Virus record (IMG/VR): IMGVR_UViG_3300042508_000526
DNA: 64,000 nt
DNA from: a virus
Taxonomy: Duplodnaviria; Caudoviricetes
Strand: one strand, 5' to 3'
Shown here: positions 47,054-55,005 of the stretch, one piece after another
Layout: every line of letters begins with the position of its first letter
How positions within the stretch are numbered: position 1 is the first letter of the stretch
Notes under the pieces: model-generated
Databases searched by the model: none
What the model was told of the DNA's origin: nothing
The model's input: only the letters and a program-made list of their open reading frames with translations
Made by a program: the position numbers and the translations under genes

Positions 47054-49039
47054 TCACGCAGTGGGTCGTAAAAGTTTCTGAGCCTGTGCAAACATGTGCG
47101 GATCTAACTGTGGCGGCATGGGCTTGGCCGGCGACGCTTTGAGCGCATTGCCGACAGCGCCGAGACCATAACCAGCCGCGCCCATCAGTCCGGCCGCACC
47201 CAGACCGAGGACCGTACGTTTGTTGGCGCTGCGCATCAGGTCTTTCAGGACCTTTGGTTTGTGCGTCACGCCGAGAATCTTTACGCCGTCATCCAGCAAC
47301 GTTGTGCTGGGCAGCGTGTCCGTGTGCGGAATCGGAGCTTTGCGGAGGCCCATGCCCTCCATCACCGCAGATGGCATCGAGCCACAGTGATTGCCCCAGC
47401 ACGTCGAACCGCCGGGTCCACGACCGCCGATGTAGGGCAGCTTTTGCGTCCACGGAAACCACCGCCGCAGCATGTTAATACCAGTGACTTCTTTCCCGCC
47501 GGCGCCTACCGCGTCTGTCGTGGCGTATGACTTGCCGACTTGCGCGCGGAGATTATTTGTTAACTTTTCTGGCGTGGCAGCAATTCCACGGTCATCAGGC
47601 CGGAACCATGTCGTGCCGCGTTCGCCGCCATAGGCGCTGCCGGGCATATCAGCCGGCCGGACACGCGAACCTTCGTTGACCAGATCGTGGTACACCGTGT
47701 CGGTCATGCCGCCATTGAACGTGGGATACAAGAACGAGTTGGGCGCTTTGCTCAGCGAACGCCGATCCGCCGCCATTTGCTTGGCGTTCTCACGCAGATA
47801 CTTGCGCAGCGTGCTCACACTGCTGCCGACGCCACTGCGATACGCTTCTTGCAGCGACTCAGGAAGCTTGGTTGCCATGGCCAGCAAGGGATCACTGGCC
47901 GAGCCCATCGCGCCGCCGTGATGCAACGACGGCACAAAGCGCTCGAACGCTCGCGGTTTAAATATGTTTGACCGCGGCATGGCGCCTGTGCGGGACGGCG
48001 CTTCCCGAGCAATGCGCTTGATCTCTTCCGCCAGCGCCCTAGACTTCGGCCCGCTGCGCTGCGCAAACTGTTCTGAGAGCGCCTGTAGTCTTTTTTGCGC
48101 GGCTAATCCAGCCTGATTGCCGCCTTGTAACTTACGAATCTCATCTAAGTTACTAGCAGTTTGAGCCTGCGGCGTGCCACCAAAGAATTCGCTGATGCCT
48201 TCTGCGCCCAGTAGCTGCTTCAGGTTGGTGACGCCGTCGGTCTTGGCGCGGCGCACACTCTTTAACTCACGCAGACTGGGCCGCTTGCCTTCTGGCTTGG
48301 GCACATCTTTGCCGGCTTGGCGTGCGGCATCATATGTTTCCCACGCTTTGCGGCGCGCGCTTAGCTCTCGGAACTCACGCGAGCGACCGCGAATGTGTTC
48401 CTTCATCAGGCCGTAGTCATAGATCTCGCCCGTGGTGCCCGGCGAGAATTCTCCATAACCCGCCACGAAATCTTTGTAGCCCTTTAGTTCAGCCTTCGTG
48501 GGTTTCTTAACTGTTGGTTTGACAGCCGCTTGGCCTTTGGACTTGGCTGCCTCGTAGTCAGCCCACGCTTTCTGGCGCGCCCGTAAGTCTTGCTGGCCAG
48601 AATACTCAGCCGCGAACTGCGGCCCGAAGGCTTCGCCGCGGCTATTAAATAACAATGGCAGATCGGGCGTTGTAGCTCCGGGCGCCATACGGGCAATGTC
48701 ATGCGGCGTGCGAATATTGGGCCCGACAATCTGGCCGTGCGCACCGGGACCGCCAGACGAGCTAGCCGAGCCCTCGATGAGAAAATCTACAAGAGGATTA
48801 CGCTCCGCACTGCGCTGCAAACCAGCCACGCCTACGTCGCCGGGCCGTAATGTCTTGAGCGCGGTGGCAATATCGACGTCGCCGTTCGCCAGCGTCCAGT
48901 CCGGCGCGTCTTGGATCATCTTTTTGTAGCGCGGCAGCGTACGGAACAGATATTCCAGCAGGCTCGCCGACGGAAGCGCAGCACCGGCAACCGCGCCAAC
49001 AGGACGTAGATCTACGCCATTATTATCGTCTGGGGGCAT
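47054..49039 (-). CDS. large virion-type protein, possible permuted NlpC/P60 fold with insertion
   Basis: LRPGDVGV..AHGQIV near N-terminus; QVGKSY..HCGSMPSAVMEGMG near C-terminus; terminal Gly-zippers. Confidence 0.45.
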   Translation of the reverse strand: MPPDDNNGVDLRPVGAVAGAALPSASLLEYLFRTLPRYKKMIQDAPDWTLANGDVDIATALKTLRPGDVGVAGLQRSAERNPLVDFLIEGSASSSGGPGAHGQIVGPNIRTPHDIARMAPGATTPDLPLLFNSRGEAFGPQFAAEYSGQQDLRARQKAWADYEAAKSKGQAAVKPTVKKPTKAELKGYKDFVAGYGEFSPGTTGEIYDYGLMKEHIRGRSREFRELSARRKAWETYDAARQAGKDVPKPEGKRPSLRELKSVRRAKTDGVTNLKQLLGAEGISEFFGGTPQAQTASNLDEIRKLQGGNQAGLAAQKRLQALSEQFAQRSGPKSRALAEEIKRIAREAPSRTGAMPRSNIFKPRAFERFVPSLHHGGAMGSASDPLLAMATKLPESLQEAYRSGVGSSVSTLRKYLRENAKQMAADRRSLSKAPNSFLYPTFNGGMTDTVYHDLVNEGSRVRPADMPGSAYGGERGTTWFRPDDRGIAATPEKLTNNLRAQVGKSYATTDAVGAGGKEVTGINMLRRWFPWTQKLPYIGGRGPGGSTCWGNHCGSMPSAVMEGMGLRKAPIPHTDTLPSTTLLDDGVKILGVTHKPKVLKDLMRSANKRTVLGLGAAGLMGAAGYGLGAVGNALKASPAKPMPPQLDPHMFAQAQKLLRPTA

Positions 49040-49112
49040 GCGCGGCCTGCTTGTAAATATCTAAAGCGCCCATTGTAGAGAAGTTTATTCTACCCCAAAA
49101 GCGCCAATAGCT

Positions 49113-49158
49113 AAAAAAAAGCGCCGTGCTTGGGGTTACCCCCGAGCCGTGCGCCTTT
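49113..49158 (-). terminator. intrinsic terminator (possibly bidirectional)
   Basis: GC hairpin flanked by an A8 tract and a T tract; followed on minus strand by TTTAGCTATT. Confidence 0.7.
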
Positions 49159-49159
49159 T

Positions 49160-49480
49160 TTACTCAAGATCGACGAGCGCTGCCAGATTTTTAATCAGCG
49201 CGCGCAACACTTCGATCATCTTCTCGATCCGGGGCAGTTCGTCAGCGGGCACGAACTTTCGCAGATCTTCCACGGCCTGCAGCTGATTCTCGGTGAACGC
49301 GATTAACTCCTTGTTGGACACGGAGTTAAAGTTCTCACCGAAGATCTGCATATGAATGCTGTCCAGCCGGTCTACGATCGAGTCATACTCGGCCGTGGAC
49401 GCAGCGGGAGCAGCCGCAGGCGTGGGAGCGAAGAAATCACTGTCGAACTCGAAATCGAAGCTGACCATGTGGTCCTCCAT
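49160..49480 (-). CDS. acidic hypothetical protein
   Basis: ~100 aa ORF with very high GC3. Confidence 0.65.
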   Translation of the reverse strand: MEDHMVSFDFEFDSDFFAPTPAAAPAASTAEYDSIVDRLDSIHMQIFGENFNSVSNKELIAFTENQLQAVEDLRKFVPADELPRIEKMIEVLRALIKNLAALVDLE

Positions 49481-49505
49481 GAATGCCGTCTCGAAAGGAA
49501 TAGCT

Positions 49506-49538
49506 AAAAAAAGGCGTGCACCCTTTCGGATGCACGCC
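49506..49538 (-). terminator. intrinsic terminator
   Basis: GGCGTGCA/TGCACGCC stem + T7, then AGCTATT. Confidence 0.75.
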
Positions 49539-49593
49539 CCAAAACCTCACAACAAGTGATGTTTTTACGCCGCCAGAAATGGCGGCGTCAGGA

Positions 49594-50343
49594 TCACGAG
49601 ACGGCGACCGCGTTGACCACGGTGACCGGCTTCGACTGCTGGGTCTCGGCCTCGACCTGCGCTTCCGCCTCCGTCAGGCAGGTGGCGAGCAGCTCACGCC
49701 GCACGCCAGCCTGAAAGAACGCGTACGCCACTTCGGCCACGCAGCCAGCGGTCACGGCGCCGAAGAACACGGCGGTGATCTGCTGGACGAGCGTGCTGCC
49801 GCCGAGGCTGGCCGCGACACCGGCCATCGCACCACCGGAGAGCACACCGGCCACGACCGAGATACCGATCGTAGCGGCGGCCACCATGAGGTTGATGGCG
49901 ACGTTGTTCACGGCCACCCAGTCCACGTTCATGGAGCTGATCAGCTCCTTCACGTAGGACAGGGCCTCGCGGACCTTGCCGACCGCAGCCGTCGCCATCT
50001 GGCCGAGCCAGTTGACGACCGCCCGGACCGCATCAGCCGCGCTGGCGTAGATGCGGCCGAGGAACGTCCAGACACCGGACGCGATCGCCTTGAGGGCGCT
50101 GAACGCCTTCTCGGTGATCGTGTAGATGCCCTCGCCGATCCCACCCAGCACCGCCGCCGTGCCGTCATAGACGCGCACGAGCGGGCTGTTCGAGTGGACC
50201 GTCTCCTCGACGATCTGCTCGATGTCCTCCCGGGTGAGGGGCTTGGACTTGGTGCGCGTGCGAGTGGCCGAGGCCTTCTTCGTGGCCTTGACCCGACGGG
50301 CACCGATCTTCTCACGCATCGACATCTTGACCTTCGTTGTCAT
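49594..50343 (-). CDS. membrane protein with basic N-terminus
   Basis: 249 aa, GGAG RBS, own promoter and terminator; Lys/Arg-rich N-terminus, amphipathic middle, 2 TM helices. Confidence 0.75.
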   Translation of the reverse strand: MTTKVKMSMREKIGARRVKATKKASATRTRTKSKPLTREDIEQIVEETVHSNSPLVRVYDGTAAVLGGIGEGIYTITEKAFSALKAIASGVWTFLGRIYASAADAVRAVVNWLGQMATAAVGKVREALSYVKELISSMNVDWVAVNNVAINLMVAAATIGISVVAGVLSGGAMAGVAASLGGSTLVQQITAVFFGAVTAGCVAEVAYAFFQAGVRRELLATCLTEAEAQVEAETQQSKPVTVVNAVAVS

Positions 50344-50429
50344 CTGAGCAACTCCTAGAACGTGGAAAGAAACCTAGTTACGCAGAAACCCATGTAACTC
50401 ATATGGGGACACGAATAACACATTCGCAT

Positions 50430-50463
50430 CACTAGATATACCCGGCTTTTGGCTTTTATTTAG
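50430..50463 (-). promoter_or_regulatory. conserved phage promoter copy 1
   Basis: CTAAATAAAAGCCAAAAGCCGGGTATATCTAGTG. Confidence 0.75.
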
Positions 50464-50466
50464 ATA

Positions 50467-51549
50467 TCAGCCGTCATTCCGGGCTTTCACCACCATCTGC
50501 CCCTTCGCAGGCCACAATACCATCTGTTGCATTGTGTCCTCGTCAGTTACATCTTTCAGTAACTGCAGAGCTGTTACTGGACGCTGCGCGATCTCTTCCT
50601 TGCGCTTGTCATTGAGCTTGTCGCGCAGGACGAGCTTCAGCGCGTCATACCGCGGATACGTGTTCCATTCCCAGCCGTCCTCGTTGACCGGGTTGTACTC
50701 AGCGTACTTCCCAGACACGTAATGGTTGGTTTGCGCCATCGCATGTCGCTTGGTGCGAATGGTCGACGTATCCCCGACATGAGTTACAACAGTGTGTTCT
50801 TTGGACTTGGTACCGACCACGTGCGCAAAAAACGGCACCATGGTTTCGTAGTTACGCAAGCCGAGAACTAACCCGTTGTAACTTGGCAGCTGATCACACA
50901 CGGCTCTGACCCGCTGTAAGGCAGGCCATTTGAAGAGCAGTGTGGGAGCTGCCAGCCAACCAGACCAAGTGTTAAGCTTGTTAACAATTGGCGCCTGATT
51001 GACCGTGACTGCCCAGTTGTCAGCCATTGCAGATATCACGCCCACCATGCCAGCAACGCCCACAGATGTGTAGGACTTGTTGCCACGGTGAAAGCGCAAG
51101 ATCTTGGTGTGCCGGCCTGTACTGCGCGGCACCACCCAGTCCATGTTCCGGACCAGCAATGGCGTGTTATCAACCTCGAAGCTGATACTGGAGCACCCAC
51201 AACCGTACATCTCGGCAAGAGATGTAAAGTCGTAGATGAGGTTCCCCAGCATCAACTTACCCACAGGGACATCAGCGTGCTGGGCAATGCACGCCAGTTC
51301 CTGTGTGTACTCTTCACCAAATTGATTGACAACTTGGCGAAGTAACCAGCCGGTGCCGGAAGCCAAAGCATGCAGCGCGGTACAGAGCGTGCTGCCCAGA
51401 TATGGCTCCAGTTCTTCTGAGACGGCGGTTTCCACGTCGTCCAGAAGCTCAGCGATGGCTCCGGCTTCACGCTGCGCGAATGTCGCCCAGCGTGTGTCGG
51501 CCGGCTCGTCGAGGTCGATGTCATGAACCCGCCGAGGACTTGTAAACAT
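50467..51549 (-). CDS. Ntn-hydrolase (C45/acid ceramidase/NAAA-like)
   Basis: helical prodomain, CGCSSI (nucleophile Cys), LLVRNMDW, VGVISAM, TVNQ, QTNH. Confidence 0.8.
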   Translation of the reverse strand: MFTSPRRVHDIDLDEPADTRWATFAQREAGAIAELLDDVETAVSEELEPYLGSTLCTALHALASGTGWLLRQVVNQFGEEYTQELACIAQHADVPVGKLMLGNLIYDFTSLAEMYGCGCSSISFEVDNTPLLVRNMDWVVPRSTGRHTKILRFHRGNKSYTSVGVAGMVGVISAMADNWAVTVNQAPIVNKLNTWSGWLAAPTLLFKWPALQRVRAVCDQLPSYNGLVLGLRNYETMVPFFAHVVGTKSKEHTVVTHVGDTSTIRTKRHAMAQTNHYVSGKYAEYNPVNEDGWEWNTYPRYDALKLVLRDKLNDKRKEEIAQRPVTALQLLKDVTDEDTMQQMVLWPAKGQMVVKARNDG

Positions 51550-51554
51550 GATGT

Positions 51555-52109
51555 TTAATTCCTCGATGGTGACAAAGAACGGCAGGCATCCAGCCCATCG
51601 AGCAGGGCCTGCAGCTTGGTGTCCCGAACCTTGGCCTGTGCATCTCGCACTCTGTCAGCCGGGGTTTCGGGCAGCACGGGGCCGACGAGGCCACCATGCT
51701 TGTTGAGCACCAGCACCACCACCTCCACGGGCACCCAGCCGAAGACGTCGCCAGTGCCGTCTTCAGTGCCCATGTCGGAGTACGGCGCCAGCAGCGGCTC
51801 AGGCTGCGTGGGGAAACCGATCTCCACTGCGTTCCACGGGCCGGTGTCCCGGCGCGGGGAGCAGTAGTGACTCTGGCTGGCCTGCACCGACATGCTGAAG
51901 CCGTCTCGGCAGAGCATGGGCCGGCGCTGGTACAACCCGGACTCGGGCTTCCAGTACCGGACGTTGTTCATGTCGTTGAGGTACCCGTTCACCAGCGCCA
52001 GCGCGTTTTCGAGCTGCGCGATCTTGGCGAAGTGATACCCCATGACGACCAACATCGCCACGACAGCCGCGACCAGACCGGTGACCACGATGTTAACATC
52101 TGCGAACAT
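51555..52109 (-). CDS. conserved phage hypothetical protein with N-terminal TM
   Basis: CRDGFSMSVQASQSHYCSPR..VEIGFP..KHGG motif. Confidence 0.7.
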   Translation of the reverse strand: MFADVNIVVTGLVAAVVAMLVVMGYHFAKIAQLENALALVNGYLNDMNNVRYWKPESGLYQRRPMLCRDGFSMSVQASQSHYCSPRRDTGPWNAVEIGFPTQPEPLLAPYSDMGTEDGTGDVFGWVPVEVVVLVLNKHGGLVGPVLPETPADRVRDAQAKVRDTKLQALLDGLDACRSLSPSRN

Positions 52110-52199
52110 ACAGACTCTCCTTCAAGCGCTGCGAGAATGCAGCAGAAGAGCCGCCAAAACCCGGGCAGCCCTACGGGGATGCTGATTACACGTCAGCAT

Positions 52200-52233
52200 C
52201 ACCGTATATGCCCGCTTTTGGTCTTTTATTTAG
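52200..52233 (-). promoter_or_regulatory. conserved phage promoter copy 2
   Basis: CTAAATAAAAGACCAAAAGCGGGCATATACGGTG. Confidence 0.75.
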
Positions 52234-52236
52234 CTA

Positions 52237-54462
52237 TCAGGAGGCGGCCGCAACTCCAGCCCCTGCGCCACCCACAGCAGCCGCTCCGCCAGCCCCATAG
52301 GCCAAGCGTTTCCCGGCCGGCACCATCGGCGACGCGACCGTCATGCCATACTGGAGCATGGGCTTGTACACATACTTGCCAACCGCGGGCATAACGCCGG
52401 ATTCATGCGGCTTGTACACCATGCTGTGATCCGCGGCCGACAGCCCTTGCAGCCGGCGCGGTGAAAGCTGGAACTCCACGGGTGTCTGGCCCAGCGTGCC
52501 CTTGATGTTCCAGCCGTGATAGCCCGGGCGCTGGAGCATTTGCGATTTACTTATGTTTACGCCGGCCTCTGTCAGCTGCTTCGTTAAGCTATCAATGACA
52601 GGTTGGTCATAACCGCCCTGCGATGTGAGCCGAAAGCCCAGCAGGTCATTGGTTATTGTGTCGCCGTGGCCAGCAATACTTTGCGGTGTCTTTACCCGGC
52701 CGGCATACACTTGGAACCCTTTGGGCTGAAATGACTTCAAGAACTCATTGCCGGCCTGTAACGCCTGCTCACGTTCTTTCTGGAAAACGCCTTGGGGCAC
52801 ATTGTCGCCCAGCGTTGTCATGGGGCCACGAAATGCGCTTCGAGCTGCGCCCACAGCCTTCGAGATACCCTTGAGACCAATGCGCCGGCCGAACTCCATG
52901 AGATTCGCCGACTTTTCTTTTTCGTCGGGCCAGCCGGGTTGCAACTGGTATTCGTACACGGGCTCGCCATGCAGCAGTTGTTTCTTGGCGAGGGCTGGAA
53001 CTTTGCCGACCATAGCGCCGGACGGATCGGGTTGCAGGCGATAGCGTTCCTGCAGCCATTGTTTTTTGTATTCCGGATCTGTTTTGGCCAGCCGCATGAA
53101 CCCCTGTGTCTGCACAAAGTTTTCGATATCTTTGGGCGCAAGGGAAACATTATGTAATCTCTCGGGCGGCACGCTCAGGGGCGTAATCTTGTAGTGTGTG
53201 CCTTCTTCTAACTGGCGCTTGTGTGTCCGCTCCGCCAGATGTTTACGCAGCCGGTCGAGAACTTCCTGCTGTTTCTTCTTGTTCCCGGGAATGATGGCGC
53301 GCGCTTCCCCTGTCCGGGCATTGTTGTAGGCCAGTCCGGGGTGCTGCAGCTCATCAAGAATCTGGTGTAAAGACTTGCGCAGGTTCACGCCCTGCACATT
53401 GCCCTCAAAGCTGTACACGGCAGACTGCTTGCCGAACTCATAGGCGCTGGAGCATTTGCAGTTCCACTTGCGCAGAGATTTGTTAATGCGCGAGTCAGGA
53501 TCTTTGGCCGTGCTGGCGCCAGTGTTAACTCGACGCATGCCGCACATACGGGAGCAGAAAGAATTCTGGCGCTTGGCCCGGTCGCCCTTGGGGTTACTTT
53601 CGGTCACAGGGGCTTTTAAGTTCCCGCCGTGCTCCCGTTCGTAGCTCTTGCGCCCCTTCTCGTTGAGGCCGCCAGCTTCGTTTTTGCCCTCGCTGCGCTG
53701 CCATGCCGGAGTTGACGATATCTTTTCGCTGCTATTGGCGGTCCCAAAAGACGCATTGCCGTTAATATCGCCGCTGGACGAGATAGCCCCATAAGAATTA
53801 ATGGGATTGGCGTTGGGAGAGCTACCGCCGCCTACTGGAGGAAGCTGCCCGGATTGCCCTTGGGCGCTCGCTTGGCCGCCAGCAGGGGCCGCCGGGGCTG
53901 CAGGAGCCTGTGCCATACCCATTGGGGGCGGCGTCGCGGCAGCTGGCATGGCGTATCGTTTAATTCCACTGTTCATCGGCTGTAACTGGGCGTTTCGGGC
54001 CTCCTGTTCAGCCTTTTCATTCTCGATCGCCTGCATAATCGGCTGGGACAAGACGACCGAAAGCTTTTTAAACAAGCTATTTTCCGCTTTTTCCGGCATT
54101 TTTTCGCAGATATGGTTTTCCCCCACGGTTTCTGCCGGCTGGACGGGTTTTTCACCTGCCGCCATGGGTTTATCACTCTGGGGGAGCGTAACTTTAACCG
54201 TTGTAGACTCGGCTTTCTTGCAAATTTGGCTGTAAATACTTACCGCTAATGACTTTGCAGAAAAATCCCAGTTGTTTGGCACCATGGCTGTTTTCTTATT
54301 TGTATCGTCGTCGCTGGACTCTGGCTTTTTGTCTTCTTGAGCCTTGTCAGAGACGTACAGAGGGAGCTTTTTAGGCTTCGGATACTCATGCGCCCAGCGT
54401 TTGGCAATATCTGGGTGCGCAGCCCAGAGAAACCGTCGCTGTTTTTCTGAGCGAAAGGGCAT
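52237..54462 (-). CDS. multi-module cargo protein incl. acylphosphatase-like and RelA/SpoT-like synthetase domains
   Basis: MPFRSEKQRRFLWA module; AWQRSEGKNEAGGLN..SFCSRM..LRKWNC module; GNVQGVNLR; GRVKTPQSI, DLLGFRL, GYHGWN, VEFQL, DHSMVYKP. Confidence 0.75.
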   Translation of the reverse strand: MPFRSEKQRRFLWAAHPDIAKRWAHEYPKPKKLPLYVSDKAQEDKKPESSDDDTNKKTAMVPNNWDFSAKSLAVSIYSQICKKAESTTVKVTLPQSDKPMAAGEKPVQPAETVGENHICEKMPEKAENSLFKKLSVVLSQPIMQAIENEKAEQEARNAQLQPMNSGIKRYAMPAAATPPPMGMAQAPAAPAAPAGGQASAQGQSGQLPPVGGGSSPNANPINSYGAISSSGDINGNASFGTANSSEKISSTPAWQRSEGKNEAGGLNEKGRKSYEREHGGNLKAPVTESNPKGDRAKRQNSFCSRMCGMRRVNTGASTAKDPDSRINKSLRKWNCKCSSAYEFGKQSAVYSFEGNVQGVNLRKSLHQILDELQHPGLAYNNARTGEARAIIPGNKKKQQEVLDRLRKHLAERTHKRQLEEGTHYKITPLSVPPERLHNVSLAPKDIENFVQTQGFMRLAKTDPEYKKQWLQERYRLQPDPSGAMVGKVPALAKKQLLHGEPVYEYQLQPGWPDEKEKSANLMEFGRRIGLKGISKAVGAARSAFRGPMTTLGDNVPQGVFQKEREQALQAGNEFLKSFQPKGFQVYAGRVKTPQSIAGHGDTITNDLLGFRLTSQGGYDQPVIDSLTKQLTEAGVNISKSQMLQRPGYHGWNIKGTLGQTPVEFQLSPRRLQGLSAADHSMVYKPHESGVMPAVGKYVYKPMLQYGMTVASPMVPAGKRLAYGAGGAAAVGGAGAGVAAAS

Positions 54463-54586
54463 GGCGAAGCTCGTATGTCAGGCGCTGCTGTTTCCCAAGC
54501 TGAATACGCTTATTGTGGCATATGAAACGTGGGAAGAAAAGGGCATGCTATACTGGCGCGCTGGGGAGTTACAAAAGGAGGCCGCC

Positions 54587-54916
54587 ATGCACGCGCTCAA
54601 GACGAGTTTTATTTCGCTGGCGTTGATTCTGTGGGCTGGGGAAGCCTACGCAGAAACCTTAGAGATGTTTTCGGCTGACTGGTGTAAATACTGTCAGCAG
54701 GCGAAAGCAGATTTACTGCCTGAAGATGCGCTGGTGGATAAATACCGGCTGGAAATCATCGACGTGGACCGGGCCAAGGAACTCGCCAAAGATAACAATA
54801 TCAAAACCCTGCCCACGTTTATCCTGCGCGATGACGAGGGGAAAGAAATTGCCCGCCAGACCGGATATCACGGCCTGCGAAAGTTTAAACGCTGGCTAGA
54901 AAATCACACCCGCTAA
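54587..54916 (+). CDS. exported thioredoxin-family protein
   Basis: signal peptide, WCKYC, LPTF cis-Pro motif; AGGAGG RBS; TGCTATACT -10 upstream. Confidence 0.85.
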   Translation: MHALKTSFISLALILWAGEAYAETLEMFSADWCKYCQQAKADLLPEDALVDKYRLEIIDVDRAKELAKDNNIKTLPTFILRDDEGKEIARQTGYHGLRKFKRWLENHTR

Positions 54917-54975
54917 AATGGCAGGCCGCAAAGCTTTGTGCCAATTAGGCAGTGCTGTCTTGGAGCGCTGATATC

Positions 54976-55005
54976 TAAAAAAAGAGGGTACGGTGTATAC
55001 CCTCT
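54976..55005 (-). terminator. intrinsic terminator closing ncRNA candidate 1
   Basis: AGAGGGTA/TACCCTCT stem + T tract, then AGATATCAG. Confidence 0.8.
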
